From contig OZ255842.1 in the NCBI GenBank assembly GCA_965277805.1, positions 1,856,001-1,920,000 on the forward strand: a DNA stretch of 64,000 nucleotides. Reading direction: 5' to 3'. Origin of the DNA: Candidatus Lustribacter sp. (lineage in GTDB: Bacteria; Vulcanimicrobiota; Vulcanimicrobiia; Vulcanimicrobiales; Vulcanimicrobiaceae). Below, one piece after another: positions 17,911 through 27,236 of this stretch (positions are counted from its first letter, which is position 1; each line of letters opens with the position of its first letter). Made by a program: the position numbers and the translations under genes. Under the pieces are notes generated by a model. The model had not been told where the DNA came from. It saw only the letters and a list, made by a program, of their open reading frames with translations, and ran no database searches.

Positions 17911-19320
17911 ATGACGCCCGCGGAGCGGAGCCGCTACGTCATCGAGCACCTTCCGCCCGGCTTGTTTCGCGTTCCCGAAGGCGAAGACGGCGCGGTCGCT
18001 TGGCGCATCGCCTCGGAGCCGTTCCGGCTCGCGCCCGCGACGCTCGCGAAGATCGAAGCGCTTGGCCCGGATCTCGTCGCGTTTTACCGCGCGCTCAACG
18101 GGCTCTACACGCGCAGCGCGCGCGGGACGATTCCCGGATTTCTGGCCGAGTATCTCGATCAGGGCAAACCCGAGAGCATCGTCAAGCTCGCGCGGCAGAA
18201 CCGCTTTCGCGCGGATATTCCGCACGTGATCCGGCCCGACTTGATCCTCACCGACGGCGGCTTCGTCGCCAGCGAACTCGACAGCGTTCCCGGCGGCATG
18301 GGCTTCGTCGGCGCGATGGCGCACACGTACTGCGAACTCGGCCTCGACACGGTCGGCGATAACGACGGCATGCCGCGCGCGTTCACCGCGATGGTCGAAG
18401 CGACCGCGCAAAAAGAACGTCCGTGTACTGCAATCGTGGTATCCGAGGAGTCTTCCGACTATCGCGGCGAGCTGAACTGGCTCGCCGCTCGCATTCGCGA
18501 GCTCGGTTTGGGTGACGTGTTCGTGTGCGCGCCGCAAGACATCGTGTTCACCGAAGAGGCGCTTTTCATCCGTCACGAAGACGGCAAAGAAGATCGCATC
18601 GACGTCCTCTATCGCAACTTCGAACTCTTCGATCTGCTCAACGTTCCAAAGCAAGAGCTGATGCTCTATGCGGCGCGCCACAATCGCGTAAAGATGACGC
18701 CGCCGCCGAAACCGCAGTTCGAAGAGAAGTCGGCTTTCGCGCTCCTGCATCATCCGCTGCTCGAAGCGCTGTGGCGCAAAGAACTCACCGACGATGTCTT
18801 CACGCGGTTGCGCGCGCTCTTTCCGCAGACGTGGATCCTCGACTCGCGTCCGTTGCCGCCGCAAGCCGCGATCATGGGCCTGACCGCGAACGGCTTGCCG
18901 GTCAACGACTGGATGCAGTTGGAAACGCTCGGCAAAGGCGATCGCGACTACGTCGTCAAGCCGTCGGGCTTCAGCGAACTCGCCTGGGGATCGCGCGGCG
19001 TGCAGATCGCCAACGACCTCACGCGCGAGGACTGGAAAGCCGCGCTGATCAACGGGCTCGCCGCGTTCGAAAAAACGCCGCACATCCTGCAGCGCTTCCA
19101 TAAGGGCCGGCGCGTGCGGGTGGCTTACTTCGACCCCGGCAGCGAAGGGATGCGCGAGATGGACGGGCGCGTTCGTCTGACGCCGTACTATTTCGTCGCC
19201 GGCGATGCCGTGCGTTTGGGCGGCATTCTCGCCACCGTCGCGCCGGCCGACAAACGGCTCATCCACGGTATGAGCGACGCGATCATGGCGCCCTGCGCGA
19301 TCGCGGAGGACGGCGCCTGA
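17911..19320 (+). CDS. Circularly permuted ATP-grasp / glutathionylspermidine-synthase-like peptide ligase
   Basis: IRPDLIL, SELDSVPGGMG, YRNFELFD, EEKS, VVKPSGFSELAWGSRGV, ILQRF, RVRLTPY. Confidence 0.65.
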   Translation: MTPAERSRYVIEHLPPGLFRVPEGEDGAVAWRIASEPFRLAPATLAKIEALGPDLVAFYRALNGLYTRSARGTIPGFLAEYLDQGKPESIVKLARQNRFRADIPHVIRPDLILTDGGFVASELDSVPGGMGFVGAMAHTYCELGLDTVGDNDGMPRAFTAMVEATAQKERPCTAIVVSEESSDYRGELNWLAARIRELGLGDVFVCAPQDIVFTEEALFIRHEDGKEDRIDVLYRNFELFDLLNVPKQELMLYAARHNRVKMTPPPKPQFEEKSAFALLHHPLLEALWRKELTDDVFTRLRALFPQTWILDSRPLPPQAAIMGLTANGLPVNDWMQLETLGKGDRDYVVKPSGFSELAWGSRGVQIANDLTREDWKAALINGLAAFEKTPHILQRFHKGRRVRVAYFDPGSEGMREMDGRVRLTPYYFVAGDAVRLGGILATVAPADKRLIHGMSDAIMAPCAIAEDGA

Positions 19321-19997
19321 CTTCCGCCTCGGCGGGAACTTCGTGGTTTACGATCCGCTGGGTTGGGATTGCGGCTGCCGTCGTCGCCGCGCTGCTGGTC
19401 TACCTCCTTGCGCCGCCAACGCTGCACGGAACGGTGCGCGCCGTCCTCGCTTACGACGCCGCAGCGCTCTTGCTGCTGGTGTGGGACTGGACGATGGGCT
19501 TACGCAACAACTCCGGGCACACGATCCGCCGCGCAGCGCAAGCCGACCCCGGCCGTAATTTTCTGGCCGGCGTCGTAATCATCAGCGCGCTCGCGGGCTT
19601 GGCGTCCGCGACTGTGATCCTCGGCAAGGGACCGAACGTACCGGCATCCGATCGTGAGATCGCGCTGGCGGCCGGCATCGCTGCGGTGATCCTCGGGTGG
19701 GTGCTGATCCACACGATGTTCATCTTCCGCTATGCGCATCTGTACTATTTCGACTCGGATCAAGACGGAACCGCGCAGCGCGGGCTCGACTTTCCCGGCA
19801 CGACCGAGCCCGACGACTACGACTTCGCGTACTTCTCGTTCGTCATCGGCATGACGTTCCAAGTCTCCGACGTGCAGATCACCGATCCGGGCGTGCGGAC
19901 GATCGTGCTCGTGCACGCGCTGATGGCCTTCGCCTACAACACGGCCATCCTCGCGCTCGTCGTCAACCTCGCGTCAAACTTGCTCAATACGCACTAA
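19317..19997 (+). CDS. DUF1345 family membrane protein
   Basis: FRYAHLYY, GLDFPG..PDDYDFAYFSFVIGMTFQVSDV..HALMAFAYNT. CTG start at 19317 inferred; the ORF track gives 19434. Confidence 0.85.
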   Translation: MTSASAGTSWFTIRWVGIAAAVVAALLVYLLAPPTLHGTVRAVLAYDAAALLLLVWDWTMGLRNNSGHTIRRAAQADPGRNFLAGVVIISALAGLASATVILGKGPNVPASDREIALAAGIAAVILGWVLIHTMFIFRYAHLYYFDSDQDGTAQRGLDFPGTTEPDDYDFAYFSFVIGMTFQVSDVQITDPGVRTIVLVHALMAFAYNTAILALVVNLASNLLNTH

Positions 19998-20626
19998 GCG
20001 CCGACGACGTCTTTCGTTTTCCACGCGATGTTTTGGGCGCGGTCGCCGACGCGTTCGATCGTCGCGAGCACGAACAGCAAGATCGTCCCCGCCGGAACGA
20101 CGCCCGAGTCGGCTTGCATTTCACTCTGCAGTGCCTCGATGCCGCTGCGGTAGAGCCGGTCGACTTCGTCATCGCGCTCGATCACCGAATCCGCGACCAC
20201 CGCATCGCCTTCGCGATAGGCGCGCATCGCGTCGGCCAGCATCGTTTGAGCGACGGCGGCGATTTGCCCGATCTCGACCGACGCCGGACGAATCGGCACG
20301 TCGATCAGCTTGATCGCATTCTTCGAAATGTCCACGGCGTAGTCGCCGATCCGCTCGAGGTCGGTGACGATCTGCAGGGCACCGGCGATCGCGCGCAGTT
20401 CGCTCGCGACGGGCTGCTGCTTCCAGATCAGTTCGATACAGGCCGACTCGACGCGGCGGCGGGTGTCGTCGATCTCGTCGTCGCCGGCGATGACGCGCGC
20501 GGCCAAGGCCCCGTCGCGACGCTCGAGGGCATGCGTCGCCGATCGAATGGCATCGAGTGTTAGAGCGCCGAGCCGCACAACGTCGAGTCGCGCGTTGTCC
20601 AAAGCTTGGTGATAGGCGGTACGCAT
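19994..20626 (-). CDS. phoU: Phosphate signalling protein PhoU
   Basis: QQPVASELR, DLERIGDYA, DDEVDRLY, IERVGDRAQNIA. Confidence 0.93.
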   Translation of the reverse strand: MRTAYHQALDNARLDVVRLGALTLDAIRSATHALERRDGALAARVIAGDDEIDDTRRRVESACIELIWKQQPVASELRAIAGALQIVTDLERIGDYAVDISKNAIKLIDVPIRPASVEIGQIAAVAQTMLADAMRAYREGDAVVADSVIERDDEVDRLYRSGIEALQSEMQADSGVVPAGTILLFVLATIERVGDRAQNIAWKTKDVVGA

Positions 20627-20664
20627 TTTGCCACTATATCACGCTCGACCGTCTGCCGCGCACT

Positions 20665-20683
20665 CTTAATCTCATCTTACGAA
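20665..20683. promoter_or_regulatory. Possible Pho-box-like 11-bp direct repeat upstream of phoU
   Basis: CTTAATCT and CTTACGAA spaced 11 bp, upstream of a TATAGT -10 box (20633-20638, minus). Confidence 0.3.
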
Positions 20684-20718
20684 AGGGTGCCCTTCTCCGG
20701 CCCGCAAACGGCGAAGGC

Positions 20719-21501
20719 ATGGACGACATCCTCAAATTGGAGATCGACGGCGCGGTCGCGACCCTCACGCTCAACCGCCCGGCGGTACTCAACGCGCTCA
20801 ACCACGATCTGCTGACGATGCTCGAAGAGTCGCTGGACGCGTTCACCGGCGATCCCGCGCTGCGGGCCGTCATCATCACCGGCGCCGGCGAGCGAGCCTT
20901 TGCGGCCGGGGCCGACATCGCCGAACTTGCCGAGCTGCCGGGCGCGGTCGCGGGCGAGTACAAGGCGCGCACGGGCCAGCGCATCACGCAGTTGATCGAA
21001 GCGCTACCAGTGCCGGTGATCGCGGCCGTCAACGGCTTCGCACTCGGCGGCGGATGCGAGCTCGCGATGGCGTGCGACTTCCGCATCGCGAGCGAAAACG
21101 CGAAGTTCGGCCAGCCCGAAGTGAACCTCGGCGTTCCGCCCGGCTACGGCGGCACGCAGCGCACGGTGCGCCTGTTGGGCCCGGGGATGGCGCTATTCAT
21201 GTGCCTCACCGGCGAGACGATCGATGCGGCCGAAGCCTACCGCATCGGGCTCGTGCAGCGCGTCGTTCCGATTGCCGAGCTGATGCCGGAAGCGCGGCGC
21301 ATCGCGAGCACGATCGCATCGAAAGCGCCGCTCGCGATCACCGCCACCAAGCGCGCGATTCGCGAGGGCGCCGCTCTGCCGCTCGCCGAAGGCCTGGCCC
21401 TCGAAGCGTTGCACTTCGGCGCGATGGTCAGCACCAGCGATTTCCGCGAAGGCACGCGCGCGTTTCTCGAAAAGCGCAAACCCGTCTTCGAAGGACGATA
21501 G
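20719..21501 (+). CDS. Enoyl-CoA hydratase/isomerase (crotonase)
   Basis: LNRPAVLNAL, AFAAGADI, NGFALGGGCELA, FGQPEVNLG. Confidence 0.93.
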   Translation: MDDILKLEIDGAVATLTLNRPAVLNALNHDLLTMLEESLDAFTGDPALRAVIITGAGERAFAAGADIAELAELPGAVAGEYKARTGQRITQLIEALPVPVIAAVNGFALGGGCELAMACDFRIASENAKFGQPEVNLGVPPGYGGTQRTVRLLGPGMALFMCLTGETIDAAEAYRIGLVQRVVPIAELMPEARRIASTIASKAPLAITATKRAIREGAALPLAEGLALEALHFGAMVSTSDFREGTRAFLEKRKPVFEGR

Positions 21502-21502
21502 C

Positions 21503-22678
21503 ATGACGACCGGCGACGCCACCGACTTCGCGCACGTTGGACCGGAGACGTTAGCCGGACGGTACTTGCGCCGTTTCTGGCATCCGATCGCGCGCGGCGC
21601 CGATCTCGTCGAAGGCCGGCCCGTGCGGGCGCAGTTTGCGAACGAGCACTTCACGCTTTATCGCGGGCAGAGCGGCGCCGTCGTACTGCTCGACGATCGC
21701 TGTCCGCACCGTCAGACGTCGCTCTCGTTCGGCTGGGTGGAAGACGACTGCATCCGGTGTCTCTACCACGGCTGGGTGTTCGATCCAACCGGCCAGTGCG
21801 TCGAACAGCCGGCCGAGAACGCGGCGTTTGCCGCGAAGGTGAAGATCAACGCGTATCCGGTGCGCGAGTATCTCGGCCTCGTGTACGGCTATTTCGGCAC
21901 GGGCGAGCCGCCGGAGTTTCCGCGTTATCCGGAGTTGGAAGACGCAACCGGCGCCGACTACTCGGTCAACATGCACGAGGTGCCGTGCAGCTGGTTCCAG
22001 CGTCTCGAAAATGACGTCGACGAAGTCCACGTGCATTTCGTGCACTCCGTTTCGACGCGCGCCATCGGCATGCTGGAACTGCCCGAAATCACGGTGAGCG
22101 AAACGGAATACGGCATCCGGCGCGAGGGCAAGCGCTCGGGCAGCGGCGTGAACGTCGCGCGCGTCGGGCACATCATGATGCCCAACATCAACATGGTCGA
22201 TCTGCCGCCGTCGCCCGAGATGCGCTACTGGACCGTCCATTTAGCCTACCGCGTGCCGATGACCGATGAGTCGGCGATGACGTTCTCGATCCGGTTGAGG
22301 AAACCGGAACCCGGTGCACCGCTGCCCAGCGGAAAAGCCGGCGGTGCGATCAAGAATCGCCCCGATTGGGATGTCGATCCGAGCGTGCTGGTCGAGAAAA
22401 TATTGGCCGGCAAGATGCGGTTGCAAGACGTCGACAAAGATTACCCCGCCTTGTTTATCGTGGAAGATAACGTCGCGCTTACGGGTCAAGGGTGCATTAC
22501 CGAACGGCAGAAAGACCGTCTCGGACAATCCGACAAGGGCATCATTTTGCTGCGCAAGATCTGGGAGCGCGAGTTGCGCGCGCTGGACGAAGGGCGCCCA
22601 TTAAAGACGTGGTCGCGGCCGAAGGAACGTCTCGATCTCGCCGTGTCGACCATCCGCGAAACGGTGGACTTCGCTTAA
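21503..22678 (+). CDS. Rieske non-heme iron oxygenase alpha subunit (phthalate 4,5-dioxygenase-like)
   Basis: GRYLRRFWHP, CPHR..CLYHGW Rieske motif, ENDVDEVHVHFVH iron site, DRLGQSDKGIILLR. Confidence 0.9.
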   Translation: MTTGDATDFAHVGPETLAGRYLRRFWHPIARGADLVEGRPVRAQFANEHFTLYRGQSGAVVLLDDRCPHRQTSLSFGWVEDDCIRCLYHGWVFDPTGQCVEQPAENAAFAAKVKINAYPVREYLGLVYGYFGTGEPPEFPRYPELEDATGADYSVNMHEVPCSWFQRLENDVDEVHVHFVHSVSTRAIGMLELPEITVSETEYGIRREGKRSGSGVNVARVGHIMMPNINMVDLPPSPEMRYWTVHLAYRVPMTDESAMTFSIRLRKPEPGAPLPSGKAGGAIKNRPDWDVDPSVLVEKILAGKMRLQDVDKDYPALFIVEDNVALTGQGCITERQKDRLGQSDKGIILLRKIWERELRALDEGRPLKTWSRPKERLDLAVSTIRETVDFA

Positions 22679-22700
22679 GCCAATCGACACGATGCTCGCA

Positions 22701-22724
22701 GTCCTTCGACGAGCTTGGGATGAC
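22701..22724 (-). repeat. REP-like intergenic repeat, copy 2
   Basis: Reverse complement is GTCATCCCAAGCTCGTCGAAGGAC; 21/24 identical to 8916-8939. Confidence 0.65.
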
Positions 22725-22754
22725 GGGGGCGCCGTACTAGCGAAGCGGTTGCGC

Positions 22755-23690
22755 GTGAAGCAATTGACAATGTCGCTCGTTCCGGGACCGTTGACCGATC
22801 CGATCGTTAGCGGCGAAGTGTCCGTTGGCGGCGATGCCGCTTGGTCGATCGTGCCGGGGCCGTCGGTCGACAGCAACTCGCGCAAGATGCTCGACGGCGC
22901 GTTCGATGTGGCCGAGATGTCGTTCGCAACGTTTCTCAAAGCCTTCGAACTCGGGCGCGATTTGATCGGCTTGCCGCTCTTCACCGGGCGCGGATTTCTC
23001 CAGCCCGGGCTCATCGTTTCGGCTAAGTCGGGGATCAAGCGGCCCGAAGAACTGGCCGGTAAACGCGTCGGCGTGCCGCAGTTTTGGATGACCTCATCGG
23101 TGTGGCACCGCGGCGTGCTCGAACAGCAGCACGGCGTAAAGCAAGAGCAGATCAGATGGTCCACGGCGAGCGAAGAGCGCTTCGAGAACCTCGTGTTTCC
23201 GAAGGGTGTGTCGATCGAACGTCTGCCGGAGTCCGTCGTCTTTCAAGATGCGCTCGCGCAAGGTGCCGTCGACGCCACGATGTCGCCGCCGCGCGGCGCG
23301 CCGAAAGCGATGAATCCGGCGATCGCGTCGCCCTATGCGGATCTCGCGCAGGCCGAACGCGACTACTACGCCGCGACGAAGGTGTTTCCGATCATGCACT
23401 TCGTCGTCATGAAAAAATCGCTCAGCACGGAAATGCCCGGGATAGCGAAGGCCGTCATCGATGCGTTCGTTGCGGCGAAGCAACGTGCAGCGGCCGCCGG
23501 TGCGCTCGGCGACATCATTCCGGGCATGAAGCCCGATGAAGAACGGCGCCTGCTCGGCGACGATCCGTGGGCGTTCGGACTCGAGGCGAACAAGGCCGCA
23601 GTCGACACGTTCTTCGGGTTTGCGCACGGACAGCGGTGGGTGCCGCCCAGCGTCAACGTGGAGTCGTGTTTCCTGGTGGCGTCCACATAA
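22755..23690 (+). CDS. 4,5-dihydroxyphthalate decarboxylase-like protein
   Basis: FDVAEMSF, GKRVGVPQFWMTSSVWHRG, ERDYYAATKVFPIMH, DPWAFGLEAN; no signal peptide. Confidence 0.8.
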   Translation: MKQLTMSLVPGPLTDPIVSGEVSVGGDAAWSIVPGPSVDSNSRKMLDGAFDVAEMSFATFLKAFELGRDLIGLPLFTGRGFLQPGLIVSAKSGIKRPEELAGKRVGVPQFWMTSSVWHRGVLEQQHGVKQEQIRWSTASEERFENLVFPKGVSIERLPESVVFQDALAQGAVDATMSPPRGAPKAMNPAIASPYADLAQAERDYYAATKVFPIMHFVVMKKSLSTEMPGIAKAVIDAFVAAKQRAAAAGALGDIIPGMKPDEERRLLGDDPWAFGLEANKAAVDTFFGFAHGQRWVPPSVNVESCFLVAST

Positions 23691-24609
23691 TTTCCGCCGC
23701 CGGAACCGGCTTCTCGAGGTAACCGTACTTCGCGGCAACGTCGAGCGGCGGCTGAATCATCTTCGGATCGAGGTTCACGCCGTACACCGAGCGCCCCATA
23801 TCGTTGACCACGCTGACCGGAATTTTCGAATACTTGCTGAGAATTTCGGCCGACTCCTTATGATGCGCGTTGCCCCAGATCGCGCCTTGCCGGATCGCTG
23901 CGGCAAAGCGCGCCGCCACGTCGGGGTGCGCGTTCAGCCAGGCACCGGTCGAGAACCAGCCGAGCGTCATGAACTGCGGCGCGACGCCGTCTTCGGCGCT
24001 GCCGATTACGCGCGTATCCTCACGCGCGGCCGTGGCCCACGGTTCGGTAACGACGACCGCATCGACGCGATGCTGCCCGAGCGCCGCATCCATCTGCGGG
24101 AACGGGATCTCGACGAACTGCAGGCTGCGCCCGTTGCCGCCGTGCCGGTCGGCCCACGCAACGGTGGCGACTTGCAACATGCCTTTCAAGCCGGCGACCG
24201 CAACGGTCTTGCCGTTCAGGTCGGCGGCGGTGCGGATCGGTGAGGTCTTCGGGACGAGCACGAGTTCGGTCGGCGCAGCCGATTCCGTGAACAGCCCGGA
24301 CGGTGCGAAAAAGCGGAAGTCGATGCCGCGCAAATGCGCCTGCGCGATCGTGGCCGTGTTGGCCGACGCAACGTCGACCGAACCGCCGAGCAGCGCCGCG
24401 GCCGCGCCCTCGACCGTCACTTGCGAGGTGGAGATGTGCACGTCCAGCCCAGCCTTGGTGAAATAGCCCAGGTCTTGCGCGTAAAACAGCGGCCCGTTGA
24501 GGTCGAACGCGGCACCCTGGACGTTGACCGGTATCAAGGTGGTCTGGCCGGTAGCGGGACCGGCCGATACCATCGCGAGGCAGGCTAGGAGGATAGGCAA
24601 GCGTTTCAT
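23653..24609 (-). CDS. ABC substrate-binding protein, SsuA/NMT1/THI5 family
   Basis: Sec signal, YAQDLGYFTKAGLDV, ADLNGKTVAV, FVEIPFPQM, EPW. Confidence 0.85.
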   Translation of the reverse strand: MKRLPILLACLAMVSAGPATGQTTLIPVNVQGAAFDLNGPLFYAQDLGYFTKAGLDVHISTSQVTVEGAAAALLGGSVDVASANTATIAQAHLRGIDFRFFAPSGLFTESAAPTELVLVPKTSPIRTAADLNGKTVAVAGLKGMLQVATVAWADRHGGNGRSLQFVEIPFPQMDAALGQHRVDAVVVTEPWATAAREDTRVIGSAEDGVAPQFMTLGWFSTGAWLNAHPDVAARFAAAIRQGAIWGNAHHKESAEILSKYSKIPVSVVNDMGRSVYGVNLDPKMIQPPLDVAAKYGYLEKPVPAAEIMWTPPGNTTPR

Positions 24610-24667
24610 TGGTCGGGTCTTTCGCTAAGGAGCAGGGAGATGGCAAGGGCACGGCCGATATCGGCCG

Positions 24668-25780
24668 ATGACCGAGAGCGAGATGTCTGCCGTAAAGGAT
24701 GCGGCAACGGTTTCTGAGACGCCCGCTTCGCCGGAACCTGAACCTGCCGCGGCGGCCGCAAACCCCCATGGTTTCGTCATCCCGGACTTCGCCGAAGATG
24801 CGCGCACGGTGGCATCGTTCGAGTCGGCCCGCGAGCGCTTCGAGCGCGCGGAATCGCAGTCGGCCGAAGACGAGATTCGCCTCGATTTCAAGCGCCGCCG
24901 CGAGCTGCTGCAGGCCGAAATCGCCACCGCGCAAGCCGTGATCGACGAGCGCCAGACGAAGTGGGAAAAGGCGATTCAAGCCTACGGCCGGCGCTATCCG
25001 AAATTGTGCGAAAAGAACAAGGCGCGCAAGCCGGGTTTCATGCAGAACCTGCTCAGCTTCGGCAGCGCGGGAAAGATGTATCAAACGACGGTCGATACGT
25101 TTGCGGATCTCAACGATGCGCGCTCGCTTCGCCGCCGTAAAGAGCACGACGACGAAGAGCTCGATACGCTGCAACGCCGCGCACTCGCCAAGCTCGAAGA
25201 GACGCTCAAAGACCAAGCCAAGCACCAGAACAAAATGGAGAAGTTTCTCTCCCGTCCGGGCAATGCGGCGCTGGCCAAGAAAGTCCAAGAGATCCAAGCG
25301 GAGCGCGCGGCCTATGCTGCGCGGCTCGAAGCCGGCAAGGTTCCGCCGCTCGAACACCGCGACCGCCACTTCGCGCAGCTCGGCGCCGTGCCGCTCGAAC
25401 CGCCGTGCGCCGGCATCGCGATCGTCGGCGTCGAGACCTACGGCGATCTCTGCTACCTCATCTTCCGCGATCGCGAACGGCACCACTTCTACCGTCCGTT
25501 CGATGCGCGGCTCGAAGGCCTCTCGGATTCCGTGTTCGACGTCTACCGGATCGCCGATCGTTTCGAAGCGAAGCTGCATCGCCGCGAAGGCAAGCCGATG
25601 AACTTGGCCGATCATCTTACCGAATACTTGCGCGACGACGAGCGCGCGAAATCCGACGCCCGCCGGATCCGCGCGCTGTTACGCGAACCGCGCCAGGCAA
25701 AACCGGTCGAAGGCGCCGACAAAGCCTTCATGGACCTGCTCGCCGAACTCGCGAAAACCGCCGGCCGCTTTACAACGTAG
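24668..25780 (+). CDS. Hypothetical protein, coiled-coil N-terminal half (370 aa)
   Basis: Long ORF with native codon bias; charged helical N-half and alpha/beta C-half; no family recognised. Confidence 0.75.
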   Translation: MTESEMSAVKDAATVSETPASPEPEPAAAAANPHGFVIPDFAEDARTVASFESARERFERAESQSAEDEIRLDFKRRRELLQAEIATAQAVIDERQTKWEKAIQAYGRRYPKLCEKNKARKPGFMQNLLSFGSAGKMYQTTVDTFADLNDARSLRRRKEHDDEELDTLQRRALAKLEETLKDQAKHQNKMEKFLSRPGNAALAKKVQEIQAERAAYAARLEAGKVPPLEHRDRHFAQLGAVPLEPPCAGIAIVGVETYGDLCYLIFRDRERHHFYRPFDARLEGLSDSVFDVYRIADRFEAKLHRREGKPMNLADHLTEYLRDDERAKSDARRIRALLREPRQAKPVEGADKAFMDLLAELAKTAGRFTT

Positions 25781-26768
25781 GCTTCCAGCGGCTGGCATTC
25801 AGCTCGGCGTTGATCGCGCGCACGAGGCTGAAGTCGTAGACTTTGGAAATCGGCGGGATCTGGTCTTTTGGGAAGTTCAAGAGGCCGGCGCGCACGATCA
25901 GGTCGCTTTGGATCAGCGCGTCGCTCACGGTGCCGTCGGGCGTAACCTCTTGCACGAACTCATCGTAGTCGAGCTCGCTGCCGCGCTGGCTGAACGTTTG
26001 CTGCTCGTAGGCTTTGGTGAAGCCGATCACCTGCGCTTTGAAAACCCGTGAGAAGCGCGCACCCTTCACGATCGCGCGCAGCATCTTCTTCGCCAGCACC
26101 GGGTTGCCGTAGAGCAGCTTCTCCGAGACGACGAACGAATTCCATGGCATGTGGACCTTGCCGTAGAAATCCGCAATCATGTGCGCGTTCTTGAGCGCGC
26201 CCTGCTCGCGCATTTCGATCGTCGTTCCGGGACTCACGATCACGGCCGCGAGCGCACCCGAATCGAACGCCGCGCCCACCGCATCGCCGAAGCCGACCGG
26301 CGCGTACGTCACCGAATCCGGCGAGAGGCCGGCCTGTTGAAGCGCCAAGCGCATCGCGATCTCGAACGTGTCCCCGCGCGTGTTGACGCCGACCGGCTTA
26401 CCTTTGAGATCCGCCAGCGAATGGATGTCGGGCTGCGCCAAAACCTGATAAGCGGGCGATGCGGTGAACACGTACACGATTCGCAGCGCGGCACCGCGCA
26501 AGATCGCGCTCAGCGCGGCCGACCCCGACGCGCTGCCGTCAACCGTGCCGGAGATGATCGCCGGCGTGGCAACGCCGCCGCCCGCAAACACGAACTCGAC
26601 ATCGAGACCTTCGGCCGCAAAATAGCCCTTCTGCAATGCCGCGAAGTACGCCGAATCGGCGACCGTCTGGGTCGGAATCGTGAGTTTGATCGACTGCGCG
26701 GCACTAGCCGTTCGTGCAACGGCGAAGAACGCGGGCAGCGCGAGAAACGACGCACGTGAGACGCTCAT
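25770..26768 (-). CDS. ABC substrate-binding protein, SsuA/NMT1 family
   Basis: KGYFAAEGLDVE, ADLKGKPVGV; Tat-like N-terminus SRASFL. Confidence 0.85.
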   Translation of the reverse strand: MSVSRASFLALPAFFAVARTASAAQSIKLTIPTQTVADSAYFAALQKGYFAAEGLDVEFVFAGGGVATPAIISGTVDGSASGSAALSAILRGAALRIVYVFTASPAYQVLAQPDIHSLADLKGKPVGVNTRGDTFEIAMRLALQQAGLSPDSVTYAPVGFGDAVGAAFDSGALAAVIVSPGTTIEMREQGALKNAHMIADFYGKVHMPWNSFVVSEKLLYGNPVLAKKMLRAIVKGARFSRVFKAQVIGFTKAYEQQTFSQRGSELDYDEFVQEVTPDGTVSDALIQSDLIVRAGLLNFPKDQIPPISKVYDFSLVRAINAELNASRWKPTL

Positions 26769-26810
26769 GGACGGGTCTTGTCCGGAGCGGCGAAAGATAC
26801 TCCTTTCGGA

Positions 26811-27161
26811 CTAGAGGCTGCGCAGGTGATCGGCGAATAACACGAGGGCGAACCCGGCCGCGCCGATGACGAATGCGTAGGCGGCCTCGGCGGGAAAGTC
26901 GATGCGGCCCTCGATGAATGCAAAGAGCAGGAACACGCTCAGCACTATCGCCGATGCGCCAAGTGCGGGTGCCTGTTTCCGCGGGATGCGCAATCGCAGA
27001 AGCACCAGCGGGAAGAACAGCGTCGTCACAAATCCGCCCGCGGTCAGCATCGTGAATTTCAATGACGCCGGCCAGGCCTGCGGGATGAAGAGCGACGCGG
27101 CGCTGCACGCGAGCAAGATCGCGGCGAACAGCCGATCGCGCTTGGTATCCGCCGTGTCCAT
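26811..27161 (-). CDS. Hypothetical 4-TM membrane protein
   Basis: Four hydrophobic segments; fills the space between two genes. Confidence 0.55.
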   Translation of the reverse strand: MDTADTKRDRLFAAILLACSAASLFIPQAWPASLKFTMLTAGGFVTTLFFPLVLLRLRIPRKQAPALGASAIVLSVFLLFAFIEGRIDFPAEAAYAFVIGAAGFALVLFADHLRSL

Positions 27162-27236
27162 TCCGGTTGCTTTGGGTATTGCGATGAAGTCTCTTGCCGG
27201 AGCACAATACGAGAGGCGCACTGGACGCAACGTATC

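Noticed and set aside
24644-24671. Third sigma28 promoter (CAAG-N16-GCCGATGA) before the 370-aa protein
   Set aside because: Weak -35, off-consensus spacing, and the -10 overlaps the start codon
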